Shown here in pieces: positions 11,630-24,729 of a stretch of DNA of 64,000 nucleotides (positions within the stretch are counted from its first letter, which is position 1; each line of letters starts with the position of its first letter). The stretch lies in the NCBI RefSeq assembly GCF_006345805.1, contig NC_043017.1, positions 1,116,001 through 1,180,000 of the forward strand, read 5' to 3'. The notes below the pieces were generated by a model. The model saw nothing but the letters and a program-made list of their open reading frames with translations, was not told the origin of the DNA and made no database searches. The DNA comes from Octopus sinensis (Eukaryota). Made by a program: the position numbers and the translations under genes.

Positions 11630-12380
11630 GCTCCAATAAAACCTGTGATAAAGAGATGACAGAAACTTTGTTAGTAGCTGCAAGAGATCAAGCATTAAGG
11701 ACTAGTTGGGTAAACGCCAAGATAGACAAAAACCAAGTAGATTCCTAATGTAGATTATGCAAATCAAAAGAGGAAAACGTTACTCGTATAGTAAGTGAAT
11801 GCAGCATTCTGAGACAGAGAGAATACAAGAGAGGACATGAATTCTAAGGAGAGTAGTCCACTGGGAGTTATGTAGAACGTTAGGATTTGAACATACTAAA
11901 AATTGGTATGACCATGAACCTAATAACTTACAAGAAAATACGAAATGCAAAGATATTTTGGAACTTTAACATTCAGACTAACGGAGTAATAGAAGCTAAA
12001 AAGCCTGATTTTGTTATCAGTAAAGAGAATGGGAAGAGTCAGATGATTGACTTTACATTCCCAAATAACGAAAAAATCAATATGAGCGGTATAGAAAAAA
12101 TAGCAAAAGTACCGGGACCTAGCCATTGAATTAGGGTCTATGGAAAGTGAGGGTAAAATTATCCTAGTAGTTATACGTGTATTGGGAACTATCCCAAAAT
12201 ATCTGAACATATGAATAGAGGAAATCGACATAAAGCCCAGTTTAGGAGAGCTCCAGAAAACAGTGTTATTAGGGACAGCTAGGGTACTAAGAAGGGTTCT
12301 CGGCATCTAATATTACTTGTAGATCGATGTTGGGATTTATTTTTCTTTTCCAGCCATCAAATCTGTTGTGCGAATATGAA
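11630..12380 (+). mobile_element. R4/Dong-clade non-LTR retrotransposon, 3' fragment (CCHC knuckle + RLE endonuclease + short 3' UTR)
   Basis: TETLLVAARDQALRT..CRLCKSKEENVTRIVSEC..EYKRGH..VHWELCR..WYDHEP..KIFWNFNIQT..KPD..IDFTFP..YRDLAIEL..LQKTVLLGTARVLRRVLGI*; multiple stops and frameshifts; ends in aataataat. Confidence 0.9.
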
Positions 12381-12401
12381 AATAATAATGTCATACGTGC
12401 A

Positions 12402-12587
12402 GCCATTTTGGGGATGGGATGTGTCGATTAGATCTACCTCAGTGTTTCACTGGTAGTTACTTTATCGACCTCGAAATGATGAAAGACAAAATCGACCTAC
12501 GCTAAATTTGAACTCAGAACATTGTGACGAGCGATATGCCGCTTAGCATTTCGTCCGGCGCGCTAAATATTCTGATAGCAAGCTGCC
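12402..12587 (-). mobile_element. SINE family A (degenerate)
   Basis: gatgaaagacaaaatcgacc..aaatttgaactcagaac..gcatttcgtccggcgcgctaa. Confidence 0.82.
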
Positions 12588-12602
12588 TTAATAATAATAA
12601 TA

Positions 12603-12657
<55 letters not shown>

Positions 12658-13199
12658 TAAAAAATGTTGATGTCTGTTCTATTTTTTTCAATTCAACAAT
12701 TTTGAAATGGTTTCTCGATTTACCTACATACCCCGTTCGACCACTTCCCCATAAATACTACAGTCCATTGTTGTTTATTAAGAATAGAACAAAATTTACT
12801 TTCGATATATTGTCTTCTTCTTATTGAATCTAATGCTGTCTTTCGACATTTTCTATTTATAATGATTGCTGTTCTTTTTTTGTCTTTGTAATTTTTAATT
12901 CTACTCTAATTTCATTTGTCTGTGCATTAGTTGTAAATAAATTTACTGGATGAACACATCATTTCAAGACGAATTGTGTTGAAAAACGCAATAATAATAA
13001 CAAATAATTAAAAATAAATAAAAAAAACATAAAGCTAAAAGAATTCGCCTCAAGCACAAACGAAATTCAAAATGAAGGTTGTGTGTAAGAATGTATGTTG
13101 GGTTAAGAAGATCGCTTTGCAACCGCGTTGCTTCCTATTCAATTGTTCTGCCTTCAAACTTTAGGCAATTCTTTTTACTAAGTTTCACATAGACTGTCT

Positions 13200-13236
<37 letters not shown>

Positions 13237-13280
13237 CTCTCTCTCTCTCTCTACCTCTCTCTCCACCCCCTCTCTCTGTA

Positions 13281-13313
<33 letters not shown>

Positions 13314-13395
13314 TGTGTGTCTGAACGTATGAGTGTGTGTGTGTATGTATGTGTGCATCTATACATACATATATATACATACATACATACATACA

Positions 13396-13429
<34 letters not shown>

Positions 13430-13431
<2 letters not shown>

Positions 13432-13668
13432 TGGGTTCAGTCCCACTGCGTGGTACCTTGGGCAAGTGTCTTCTACTATAGCCCCGGGCCGACCAAAGCC
13501 TTGTGAGTGGAATTTGTAGCCGGAAATTGAAAGAATCCCGTCATATATATGTATATATATAGATATGTGTGTGTGTGTATATATGTTTGTGTGTCTGTGT
13601 TTGTCCCCCCAACATCACTTGAAAACCGATGCTGGTGTGTTTACGTCCCCGTAACTTAGCGGTTTGGC
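13430..13668 (+). mobile_element. SINE family B, truncated at the junction with the L1/Tx1 fragment
   Basis: gggttcagtcccactgcgtggtaccttgggcaagtgtc...gtaacttagcggtttggc; 3' tail missing. Confidence 0.88.
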
Positions 13669-14595
13669 CATTTCATCTTCGTCAACGCCTAGGGTTTCCC
13701 CGATATCGTCGTCGCTCCTCCCCGCTACTAATCTTCTATAAATATCTAAAGTGGAACATCCAACGCTCCTGTTGCCCGACTTATGGAGGACAATAAGCAC
13801 CTGACATTCTAAATGCCACGTGCCCATTCTCGGCATATCCTTTACCCAAAACTGCAGTTCTGTCTAGAAGACGAGCTACGGAAAGGCGTGTCTCACAAAC
13901 GGAGCCCACATACGTTCACCTTCTGGAAATCGCTGCCGGTGGCGCAACATGAGTGCGTGTCTGTGCATTACAATCCATGACATGCCTAAGCCGCCACACA
14001 AAGGAACTTGGCAGCAGACTGAACACCTGAAAATAAACTGGATAAGGTCCAATCTAATCAAGCACTAACTAGGCTCAAGGCACAACGGTTAAACGATAAA
14101 TAATGACAGAGGTGATGTCGACATTCGCCCACTCTGCCCGGCCTTTCATAGACAACTTCCTCTCTGCCCATTTCTGGGTAAGAAGGGTCACCCACTTCGT
14201 CACCTCATCCCAATTCTTATCCACCTAGAGATCGGGAGCAAAGCAGATCCCAAGCAGTTTCACTGGTCCGTCAGTCCAACGTCTGACGGCATCGATCTGT
14301 CACTCCTGTTGCCCATTCGCAATCCCACTGACCTGTCGGCATTGATTTTAGTCCCTGCAAACGACTCGTATCCCTTTACAATGGAGCCGACCGTCTCCAC
14401 TTCGGAGGTGTTCGACACCTTCACGGTAACGTCGTCCGCGTATGTAGACACTGCCATCCTGCGTCCAATTTCGAAAGAGAGGTCTCTTAAGTGTTCCAAC
14501 TTCCGCGGCACTGGCTCGAGGGCCAGCACATACAGAAAAGGTGACAGCGAGCAGCCCTGAAATATAATCGTCCAAACGACTATGCCAGCCCACCG
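13668..14595 (-). mobile_element. L1/Tx1-clade LINE reverse transcriptase fragment (pseudogene)
   Basis: QGCSLSPFLYVLALEP..STYADDVTV..KINADRS..KLLGICFAPDL*VDKNWDEV..QKWAERKLSMKGRAEWAN: RT QG..LSP and YADD motifs plus an L1/Tx1-type thumb region. Confidence 0.92.
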
Positions 14596-14599
14596 ATTA

Positions 14600-14716
14600 A
14601 TTACTGCTGCTACTACTACTACTACTACTACTGATGATGATGATGATGAGGATGATGACGATGATGATAATAATAATAACAACAACAACCAGAACAACAA
14701 CAACAACAACAACAAC

Positions 14717-14751
<35 letters not shown>

Positions 14752-14760
14752 TGATAGTAA
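14600..14760. repeat. (ACT)(GAT)(AAC)(AAT) compound microsatellite
   Basis: Direct reading. Confidence 0.95.
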
Positions 14761-16344
14761 ATTTCTTACATTGAACAAAAGGTGACATTTTGAAGGAGGA
14801 ATTTTTAATTAAACTGACATTCTATTATCGGTACTTATTTAATATCCCAAGAAGTGACATGTTTAATATTGGAAAATACAGATATCTGCTTAAATATATG
14901 TGCTAGCAGACACGTTTGTATGTCTTTCCGTATATATATACTTATACATACGCATGTGGAGTGGTACGATTTTATATGGCCGCACATACAGAATACTGAA
15001 TTTGTGTGTGCGTTAGGAGTATATGTTTGGGTGTGTGTATGGGTTGTGTGTGCGTGTGTAATTTTGATTGCGTGTGCATGTGGATATTGTATAAAATACT
15101 ATTGTTACTATAGTGTATAAAACACTATTGTTCTGAAGCATTTCATTGTGATAATGTTGGCATTCTTCGGGAATTTTTAATCGAAGAACTTTGGAAACAA
15201 AAAATGTTATCGAGTCTGTCAAGTCTACCAAACAACGTGCTAAAGTTAATCCTATTTGTCGTATATGCACATTATTTTATGGTTTACCGTAAATATTTTT
15301 AATAATGTCGATAATATGGTTCTATGTCAATATCGCATCAAGTACTGTCATCATATGATTAGCAATAGAAATATCTTGTTTAGTTGGAACAGCTTTCGAA
15401 CGGAGCCGTACTTGAAGTTGGTTGATATCTCATTCATCAATTCCGTGTAAGGGAAATGTTTGTCTTGAAAGTCTGTTATTGAGAGTTTTCCAAACATTTA
15501 TTCGTATTCATTGTGTTTATTTAACGGATCAATTGCACGGTGAATATTTCTGTTTTATTGTCAAGATTTGATGGAAATTGACAAATATAGGCATTTGTGG
15601 TTGTGTGTGTGTGTGCGCGCGTGAGTCTGTATGTGTGTTTGTGTGTTTGTGTGTATTCGCGTGTGAGTATGTGTCATTGTGTGACGAGATGTGAGGAGTT
15701 TGGTGCTCGTGTCTTTGTGAGACATAAAAATGGCCGACTATGCTTACGTATGTGTGTTTGTTAGACGTTAAAATGGTAGACGTCTGATTTAAATGATTGC
15801 CTAAGGAGAAATCAATGGTGACTTGTAAGTTAACGGCGAGAATAGAAACGGTATTAACGCGATGACTGGGATATAATATCATGTTAAATAGTTCAAAAGA
15901 ATTTAGAAGCAATATTAAAATCAACAAATTGAAAACTTAATCGCTGCATCGCCAACCTAAATGGGAGAAACACACAAAAGAGTGTATTTGTAGCTTTGTA
16001 GCGTAGACGGAGAACATCTATTATGGTTACAGTTCAAAGATAGATACACATTTCAGTTGATATATCAAGAAATTTGAATACTACAATATTTTAGATAAAT
16101 TTCAACTACTTTTACACAGAATATATCTGAAAGGATAATAGATATTCAGTTCAGATCGCCATTAACAACAGAAACTGGAACAGCGACAACCAGTTCTGAC
16201 AAGGAGGTAATGATTGGCCACAAGAGGAAAAATATCTCCAGACAAATTTGTGAAGTCGTAAACTTAATGAAAAACCTCGATTAATAAAGCTTTCGATGGC
16301 CGCCATTATAGCTTTATCGCTTGGTTCGCTGATGTATTACTGCT

Positions 16345-16630
<286 letters not shown>

Positions 16631-16863
16631 AAAATAACAAAAAATATAACAGTGACAATAATAACAATAGTAATAAAAACAACAAAACAATTACAAGAAA
16701 ACTAACTATAAATGTCTCTTATTTATCACTCACCTACTTATAAATTTATCACTTGAAATTAAAAATTCGAATGTTATGTCTGAACGCAGACACACACACA
16801 CACGCACACACATAGACACAGAAATCTGTATATGAATATATACATAGATACATACACAGTCTC

Positions 16864-16897
<34 letters not shown>

Positions 16898-16965
16898 GTA
16901 TATATATATGGATGTATGTGCGTACCTGTGTGTGTATAATGTACTCTGTATCGTTCCCCTTTATC

Positions 16966-17067
<102 letters not shown>

Positions 17068-17404
17068 TGTATACATACACAGATGTTCCCAAACAGACAC
17101 ACAGTCACACAGAGGGAGCCATAATTTCACTGAAATTATTACTTCCATCTCTCATGATTAGTAACTGTCGTATTTTATTGTAGATTTAGTTTAGATTTAT
17201 TTATAAGAAAAAAAGAAGACATTAAACAGTTTTCAAAAGAATTTTGGCCTTCATCTAATGCATCAAAGAGGGTTGAGTTAGGTTTCTGACGTTTATTCAT
17301 CGACGGATTCTGTAACGGCGATGAAAACACGACAACGAAATTTGATACGAAGCGGAAAGGTTGCTTAAGTCCTAATTATCATAATGAAAATTATTAATTA
17401 TTTC

Positions 17405-17880
17405 TACGCTAGGCGTTGACCATTTTGCGGGGAAGGGGGTCAGTTGATTACATTGACCCCAGGGCGTAACTGGTACTTATTTCATCGACCCCGAAAGGAT
17501 GAAAGGCAAAGTCTACCAAGGCGGAATTTGAACTCAGAACAAAAAGACGGACGAAAAAACCGCTAAGCATTTCATCCGGCGTGCTAACAATTCTTAGCTA
17601 TTCTACGCACAAGGAGGGAATTTGGACTAAGAACATAAAGACAGACGAAATACCTATTTCTTTACTACCCACAAGGGGCTAAACACAGAGGGGGCAAACG
17701 AGGACACACAAACGGATTAAGTCGATTATATAGACCCAGTATGAACTGGTACTTAATTTATCGACCCCGAAAGGATGAAAGGCAAAGTCGACCTCGGCGG
17801 AATTTGAACTCAGAACGCAACGGCAGACGAAATACGGCTACGCATTTCGCCCTGCGTGCTAACGCTTCTGCCAGCTCGCC
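17405..17880 (-). mobile_element. SINE family A, dimeric form (unit-linker-unit)
   Basis: Two complete bodies separated by the linker ctctgtgtttagccccttgtgggtagtaaagaaatagg. Confidence 0.88.
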
Positions 17881-18171
17881 ACATTATAATGATAATAATT
17901 AATAATTGATCTATAAAAATTGTATTGATTATAATAATTATTTACTATTTAAACTGTGAAATTATATTGATTATAACGATTATCATTATCATTTTCAAAT
18001 GCGAATTACTATTGATTTCGTTTGTAATTATGATTATTTTGATGGTGAAATTCCTTTCGTGAATGAAACGTAACTAATTAAAATGTTCTCGTCGATAGAA
18101 ATCAATCAGGGTGTTCGTTATCCGATGCATGTTGCCCATGAGGATTTAATTCAAAGGAACGAAAGTCTATT

Positions 18172-18320
18172 AGAATATTCTTTTCTGCTCTAGGCAAAAG
18201 ACCCGAAATTTTGGGAGACTGGGTCAGTCGATTAGATCGCACCCAGCACGTGACTGGTACATAATTTATCGACCCAGAAAGGATGAAAAGCAAAGTCGAC
18301 CTCAGCGGAGTTTGAACTCG
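18172..18320 (-). mobile_element. SINE family A, 5'-truncated
   Basis: ggatgaaaagcaaagtcgacctcagcggagtttgaactc. Confidence 0.85.
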
Positions 18321-18387
18321 GCGATGATGAGATAGCAGGCTATCGGTGATTTCACTGAAGTTTTATATTCTACGAAGGTCGCTTTTT

Positions 18388-18622
18388 AGGCGGCGAAATG
18401 GCAGAAGCGTTAGCACGCCGGGCGAAATGCTTAGTGGAATTTCGTCTGCCGTTACGTTCTGAGTTCAAATTTCGCCGAGGTCGACTTTGCCTTTCATCCT
18501 TTCGGGGTCGATTAAATAAGTACCAGTTACGCACTGGGGTCGATATAATCGACTTAATCCGTTGTCTGTCCTTGTTTGTCACCTCTGTGTTTAGCCCCTT
18601 GTGAATAGTAAAGAAATAGGTA
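18388..18622 (+). mobile_element. SINE family A, first unit plus linker
   Basis: ggcggcgaaatggcagaagcgttagcacgccgggcgaaatgc...agccccttgtgaatagtaaagaaataggtatt. Confidence 0.9.
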
Positions 18623-18629
18623 TTCCTCG

Positions 18630-18900
18630 CCCTCATCATCTTCGGCGACGTCATTGTCGTCGTCCTCATCGCCATCATCATCATCATCATCATCATCGTC
18701 GTCGTCATCATCATCATCATCCTTAAAAGCAGCAACAAATTGCTGACCCTCATCATCATCACCGCCAAAGCTGCCTCCACCATAAACACCACAACTAGCA
18801 CATCCACCACCTCCAACACTAACGCATCCAGCTCCTCTACCACCACCATCATCCTGCCACTATCATAATCATCATCATCCTCAACAACAACAGCAGTATT
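18630..18900. repeat. Degenerate (CAT)/(CAC)n trinucleotide tract
   Basis: Direct reading. Confidence 0.85.
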
Positions 18901-19450
18901 ATCCCAGTTGTTTCCTCGTTTTCGTCAGTAATACAAATACATGAGAAATGCATCATGGGTAACATTAGAAACCACGAGACCCAAGACGATCTCAATAAAC
19001 CATCGATCTCCTACCGATTCGCTTCATGCAAATTGATATATCGAAACACCCACCCACAAGAAAAAAAGAAAAACACGATAAAAAACAAAATAATAAATTT
19101 AAACAGAAAGTCATTGATTTTAATTGGATCGAGTGAAGCTTGTAGTTTCCCAAACTACAATTAACATCTAATTAATCCATTGAAGTGAATTAACGAGTTA
19201 CCGTGAAGGCCACATAAGTAGTTGCAAAGTGGGTGACGGTGGGGAATGAGGGGGATGGGGTGGTTAAGTTTCTCATATTGATTTGCATATTTATATTGAT
19301 AAAGATTTCTCCCCCGAGAGACGTTGGAGATGTATGGAAACACGCAAGTATTAATATATGAGAATTGCGTACACGCACACTCACACATACACCCACACAC
19401 CCACACCCACACCTACACACTCATACACAGACAGACGCACACACACACAC

Positions 19451-19519
<69 letters not shown>

Positions 19520-20151
19520 TGTGTGTATGGGTGTGTGTGTGTGCGAATAAGTAACAAGAATGTGCAAAAATGTCATTGGCCCCAATGACTACCACTTCTT
19601 CCAGAATTTAGATAATTTTTTGCTACAGCTGGGATGGCAAAAGTGTATTGACAATATGGGTGAATGCTTTGATGAATAAAACTATTCCTTGTATTTACAA
19701 AACATTAGCAAACTTTTTTTCTTTTCTACAAATTTCATATTTGACGACGAACTGTATTATTTTTCGTTGTCGAGAGTTTTGAATTGTCTTGAAAAGATCA
19801 TTAGAGTGTCAAATAAAATGCTGACTAGTATTTGATAACAGCCCTTCATGTTTTGTATTGGAATCCTACCGAGGTCAAATTTACCCTTGAACCCCACCCC
19901 GAGGATGGATAAAATATAGAAGCAGTCGATGGCATTGACTTATCCTCTTTCTTGAACTTGGCTGGCTTCGTGTGAAGACCAAAATTTATTAATATGATTA
20001 TCGCTATCACATGTGAATAGTTAGAAACGTTATATCCTGCGACAAAATGTTTACCATAATTTGGATCAGAGCTCAAATCTTGCCTGGATGATTACCTGAA
20101 AAAATAAATTGGGATTTGTGTAGTAAACCATATAATGGTAACGATTTATCT

Positions 20152-20420
20152 TATGGCTGTGTGGTAAGTAGCTTGCTTCCCAACCACATAGTTCCGGATT
20201 CAGTCCCACTGCGTGGTACCTTGGCCAAGTGTCTTCTACTATAGCCTAGGGCTGACCAAACCCTTGTGAGTGGATTTGGTAGACGGTGTGTGTGTGTGTG
20301 TGTGTCTGTAGTTGTCCCCCCAACATCGCTTCGCAACCGATGCTGGTGTGTTTACATCCCCGTAACATTAGAAGTTCAGCAAAAGACACCGAGAGAATAA
20401 AGCGAGTACCGTATAATCTT
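20152..20420 (+). mobile_element. SINE family B
   Basis: atggctgtgtggtaagtagcttgcttcccaaccacatagttccggattcagtccc. Confidence 0.9.
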
Positions 20421-20514
20421 TTGCTTGTTTTGTTCAATAGAGTGAGGCCACGATGTGGCTCGATCTGTGAGAAATTCAGTTGAAGGAATCGATTCCACTA
20501 CTCACCTTTCACGC

Positions 20515-20830
20515 CTGGTACTTATTCTCTCGTTCTCTTGAACCGAACTATTAAGTTGCAGAGCCTAAACAAAGGTTGATAATCTGTTGTCTGGGACAAG
20601 CATGTAACCACACACCCAAAAGCAAATACACATACAAACACACACAAACACGCACACACATATACACACATACAACTGGCTCCTTTCAGTTTCCGTCTAC
20701 CAAATTCACTCACAAGGCTTTGGTCGGCTTTGGAGGCTATAGTAGAATACACTTGCATAAAGTACCATGCATCAGGACTGAACCCGAAACCATGTGGTTA
20801 GAAAGCAAGCTTCATAGCACTCAGCCACGC
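20515..20830 (-). mobile_element. SINE family B (diverged), tail-to-tail with the 20152 copy
   Basis: ttcagtttccgtctaccaaattcactcacaaggctttggtcgg...gactgaacccgaaaccatgtgg. Confidence 0.85.
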
Positions 20831-21417
20831 TTCCAATTCTTCAATATTTAAATTCATACTTGGTAAAACATTGAGCTCAATAGTTTCGTCGTTCCCTAGT
20901 CGACTCATCGAATATCCTTGTTGATTCGATTTACATAGAGACGCATAAAATTATCTGCTCAATGTTAAACACACCAGACAAAGCGCATTCACTACCAAGC
21001 GTACACTTTCTAAGGCCACGTTAGTTCAGGCTTATAATTAATTCTTCCAATTTTCTTACAATTCGTAATTAATATCGATATTATCCGCTAGCATTTCAAT
21101 CTCGATTATTAGAGAAAACCTACGCATTCAACGAGCAATTGCCTTTTATTATTATGGCATTCAAGCATAATGAAGGAATCCTATATTTGCTGTCTGTAAA
21201 TGTTTCATGTTAATCTTCGAATAAATTTGACTTGTTGCCAAAACTTTACTCTTATTCTTCGGTAATATATTATCGATCAATATCCTATTGTTTCCATGAA
21301 CTCATCTTACATAACATCATCCAAGATAATTTATTAAATGGGATTTATATATATATATATATATATGCTTGTATTTATGTATATACATATATATTTAAGT
21401 ATATTTATATATATGAG

Positions 21418-21479
<62 letters not shown>

Positions 21480-21589
21480 GTGTGTGTGTGTGTATGTGAA
21501 TGCATATATACAAGTACAAAAAAAGAGAAAGAGAGAGAGAGAGAGGGGGAGAGAGAATTACAGGTTGAATGAGACTAGATAAATAAATT

Positions 21590-21652
21590 GAAAAGTAGTA
21601 TGTTAGATATATGGATAGATAAAGAAACAGACTGACAGACTGACAGACAGAC

Positions 21653-21683
<31 letters not shown>

Positions 21684-21692
21684 GAGACAGAC

Positions 21693-21736
<44 letters not shown>

Positions 21737-21737
21737 G

Positions 21738-21787
<50 letters not shown>

Positions 21788-21788
21788 C

Positions 21789-21855
<67 letters not shown>

Positions 21856-21975
21856 AAGAGAGGTATATATATAGAGAAAGACAGAGACAGACAGAGAGGG
21901 ACAGACTTGCAGACAAATAATAGTTATAGAGACAGACAGACAGATTGATAGAGAGTGAGAGAGAGGGAGAGAGAG
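21590..21975. repeat. (AGAT)n/(AGAC)n tetranucleotide microsatellite
   Basis: Direct reading; explains the LSIY-repeat ORFs. Confidence 0.96.
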
Positions 21976-22332
21976 AAAAGAGCAATTGATATGATTACGA
22001 CGGAGATAAATCATAGTAATGTATTCTTTACAAAATATGGAAGTCTTATTTATCAGAGTTTCATTTACATATTTATTGATATCTGGCGTTCATGTAAGCA
22101 ACTTCATTGCATTCATATATATTATTAATATTCACGTGATGGCAATTGTCTCTTTATGTAAACGCGTACTTTGATTTATCTCGAATGACGAGGAACTTTG
22201 TAATCGCTGAACCAATGGGCATACAATGAAGAAACAAAAGTTGGTCTCCACTCGAACTTCAGCAGGACTTTCAGTGACTTCTGCAATTCGGTAAAAATTG
22301 GCTAAATGCAGATAACGATAAGCGATAAACGT

Positions 22333-22643
22333 CGCCCTTTTCAAGCCTAACCTAGCCAGGCTCATGGGCCCGGTTTCCCGGTTTCTGTGGCGTATGTGCT
22401 CCCCCACCAGCTGGACGGGACGCCAGTCCATGGCAGCGTTGCTCAAGGAACAGGAAGAGAGAGTGAGAGAAAGTTGTGGTGAAAGAGTACAGCAGGGGGT
22501 CGCCACCATCCCCTGCCGGAGCCTCGTGCAGCTTCTAGGTGTTTTCGCTTAATAAATACACACAACGCCCGGTCAGGGAATCGAAACCGCGATCCTCCGA
22601 CCGCGAGTCCGCTGCCCTAATCACTGGGCCATTGCGCCTCCAC
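22333..22643 (-). mobile_element. SINE family C
   Basis: Reverse complement ggaggcgcaatggcccagtgattagggcagcggactcgcggtcggaggatcgcggtttcgattccc...gactggcgtcccgtccagctgg. Confidence 0.92.
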
Positions 22644-22840
22644 ACTAAATGCGGAACTAAACAAGATAAGATTATTACCGAAGAACCAATAAAATATCTG
22701 TATTGGGTTAAAAATAAAAGCCATTACGAGATGAATGTGGTAGTTTTGTTGTACTTATATTTAAAGAGATCCCTTTGGTAACCTAATAACAGCCTGTGCA
22801 CTGCATGGGATGTAGTTGTATTTAATTGTGCTGTGTATGT

Positions 22841-23140
22841 GGAGGAGCAATGGCCCAGTGGTTAGGGCAGCGGACTCGCGATCGGAGGATTGCGGTTTCG
22901 ATTGCTAGATTGTATGTGTTTATTGAGCGAAAACACCTAAAGCTACATGAGGGTCAGGCAGGGGGTGGTGGCGACCCCTGTTGTACTCTTTCGCCCCAAC
23001 TTTCTCTCACTCTCTCTCTCTTCCTGTTTCTTGAGCAACGCTGCGATGGACTGGAGTCCCCTTCAGCTGGGGGGAAAACATACGCCACAGAAAACCGGGA
23101 AGCCGGGCTCATGAGCCTGTCTAGGCTTGAAAAGGGCGCA
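22841..23140 (+). mobile_element. SINE family C, head-to-head with the 22333 copy
   Basis: ggaggagcaatggcccagtggttagggcagcggactcgcg...gctgcgatggactggagtcccc. Confidence 0.92.
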
Positions 23141-23331
23141 TAAATAAATAGAAATAATTGTATATTTGTAGTTGTATATAATTGCATAGAGTTGTGATAA
23201 GTTAAGTAGGAGGGAAGGAGAAAGCGAAGATATCATTGTAATGGTAATATGGTGGATGAACTGAATATCTGGCAGAGACAATATTTAAACACACATACGC
23301 ACGCACACACAAACACACACGCATGCACATG

Positions 23332-23400
<69 letters not shown>

Positions 23401-24399
23401 GCAGATATAGAGCTTTGGGCTAAATTTGACGCTTTTTATGTCTTATTTGAGGAACAGCTTGATGTATAATGGAACTGTCAAATGCGTTGGTGAGCGCAAA
23501 TATTGAAGTTGTAATTGAGAAAATGTTAACTGACATGAAGAACTGGAATCCATGTGGATACTGGAAAATAATGCCTGTAACAAGTTTCATGCCGGGTTTC
23601 AGAACGCTGACATCATGACGGCTGAACAGTGCACAATGAACACTGCAAAGCTGAAAGATGTGAGATGCGCAGCTGCTGCGGAGACTGCGAAGCCGTGGTC
23701 AGCAGCAAAGAACACCATAGGATTTCTGACTGCGCTTGCAGCATCTTTGAACAGGGCCTTAGTCTCAATTCATACGGCAAGATTCTGGAAATAGCGGTCA
23801 ATCTTTGCCAGGATAGTTTTGTCGTTTGGAGGCTAGTTGTGTGCCAGTAAGCTTCGATTTAGTAGCTTCACGTTGCAGGAAGAATGAAAAGTAATAGTCC
23901 TTCCTCTAATATATCAGAAAAGTCCAGTGGAAACTGGGGAGGGAATTTAGATGAGAAAAAAGAAAACAGCTAGATAAAATAGACTCATGTAGGATCTTTT
24001 CGGTTGCCCACATGCAGCACCATGTCCTCAGGTGAACTTGGATATATCCAGTCGGTCATTCGATCTGTTCAAAATAACCATCGAATCTCCTGCAAATTGT
24101 AGTCTCTTTTCCTTGGTCCGTTTTATGTGAGTATGATGTTATAATCAAGGCTGGGGAGTTTTAGATTCTGCTTTTGGTGTATCTCATTAGACTTGGTGTT
24201 AAATAAAATCGAAAATAGCAATGATGACCCCATCTTTAACATCAGTGACATCAGTAACAACAGGAGGAACGAAAGCAATAGCAGGGTCATTAATAACAAC
24301 AACAGAAACGATCACAACAGCAAAAATGAATAAATAATAAAAAATGAATAAATAATAGCAACAACAACAATAACTAAATGAGCAGCAACCAAATCGACA

Positions 24400-24513
24400 A
24401 CCGGGTTCAGTCCCACTGCGTGACACCTTGGGCAAGTGTCTTCTATTATAGCCTCAGGCTGACCAAAGCCTTGTGAATAGATTTGGTAGACGGAAACTGA
24501 AAATATCCCGTCG

Positions 24514-24563
<50 letters not shown>

Positions 24564-24725
24564 TGTGTGTGTATATGTTTGTCCCCCCAACATCGCTTGA
24601 CAGCAGATGGTATTGTATTTACGTCCCCGTAATTTAGCGGTTCGGTAAAAGAGACCAATAAAAAAAGTACTAGGCTTCGATTTGTTCGAGCAAAGGCTGT
24701 ACTCCAACATGACTGAAACAAAAAG
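24400..24725 (+). mobile_element. SINE family B
   Basis: gggttcagtcccactgcgtgacaccttgggcaagtgtc...ctccaacatgactgaaacaaaaag. Confidence 0.9.
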
Positions 24726-24729
24726 TGAG

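Noticed and set aside
16120-16206. Possible exon NISERIIDIQFRSPLTTETGTATTSSDKE between cag and gtaatg
   Set aside because: Plausible splice sites but no domain match and no partner exons to build a gene model.
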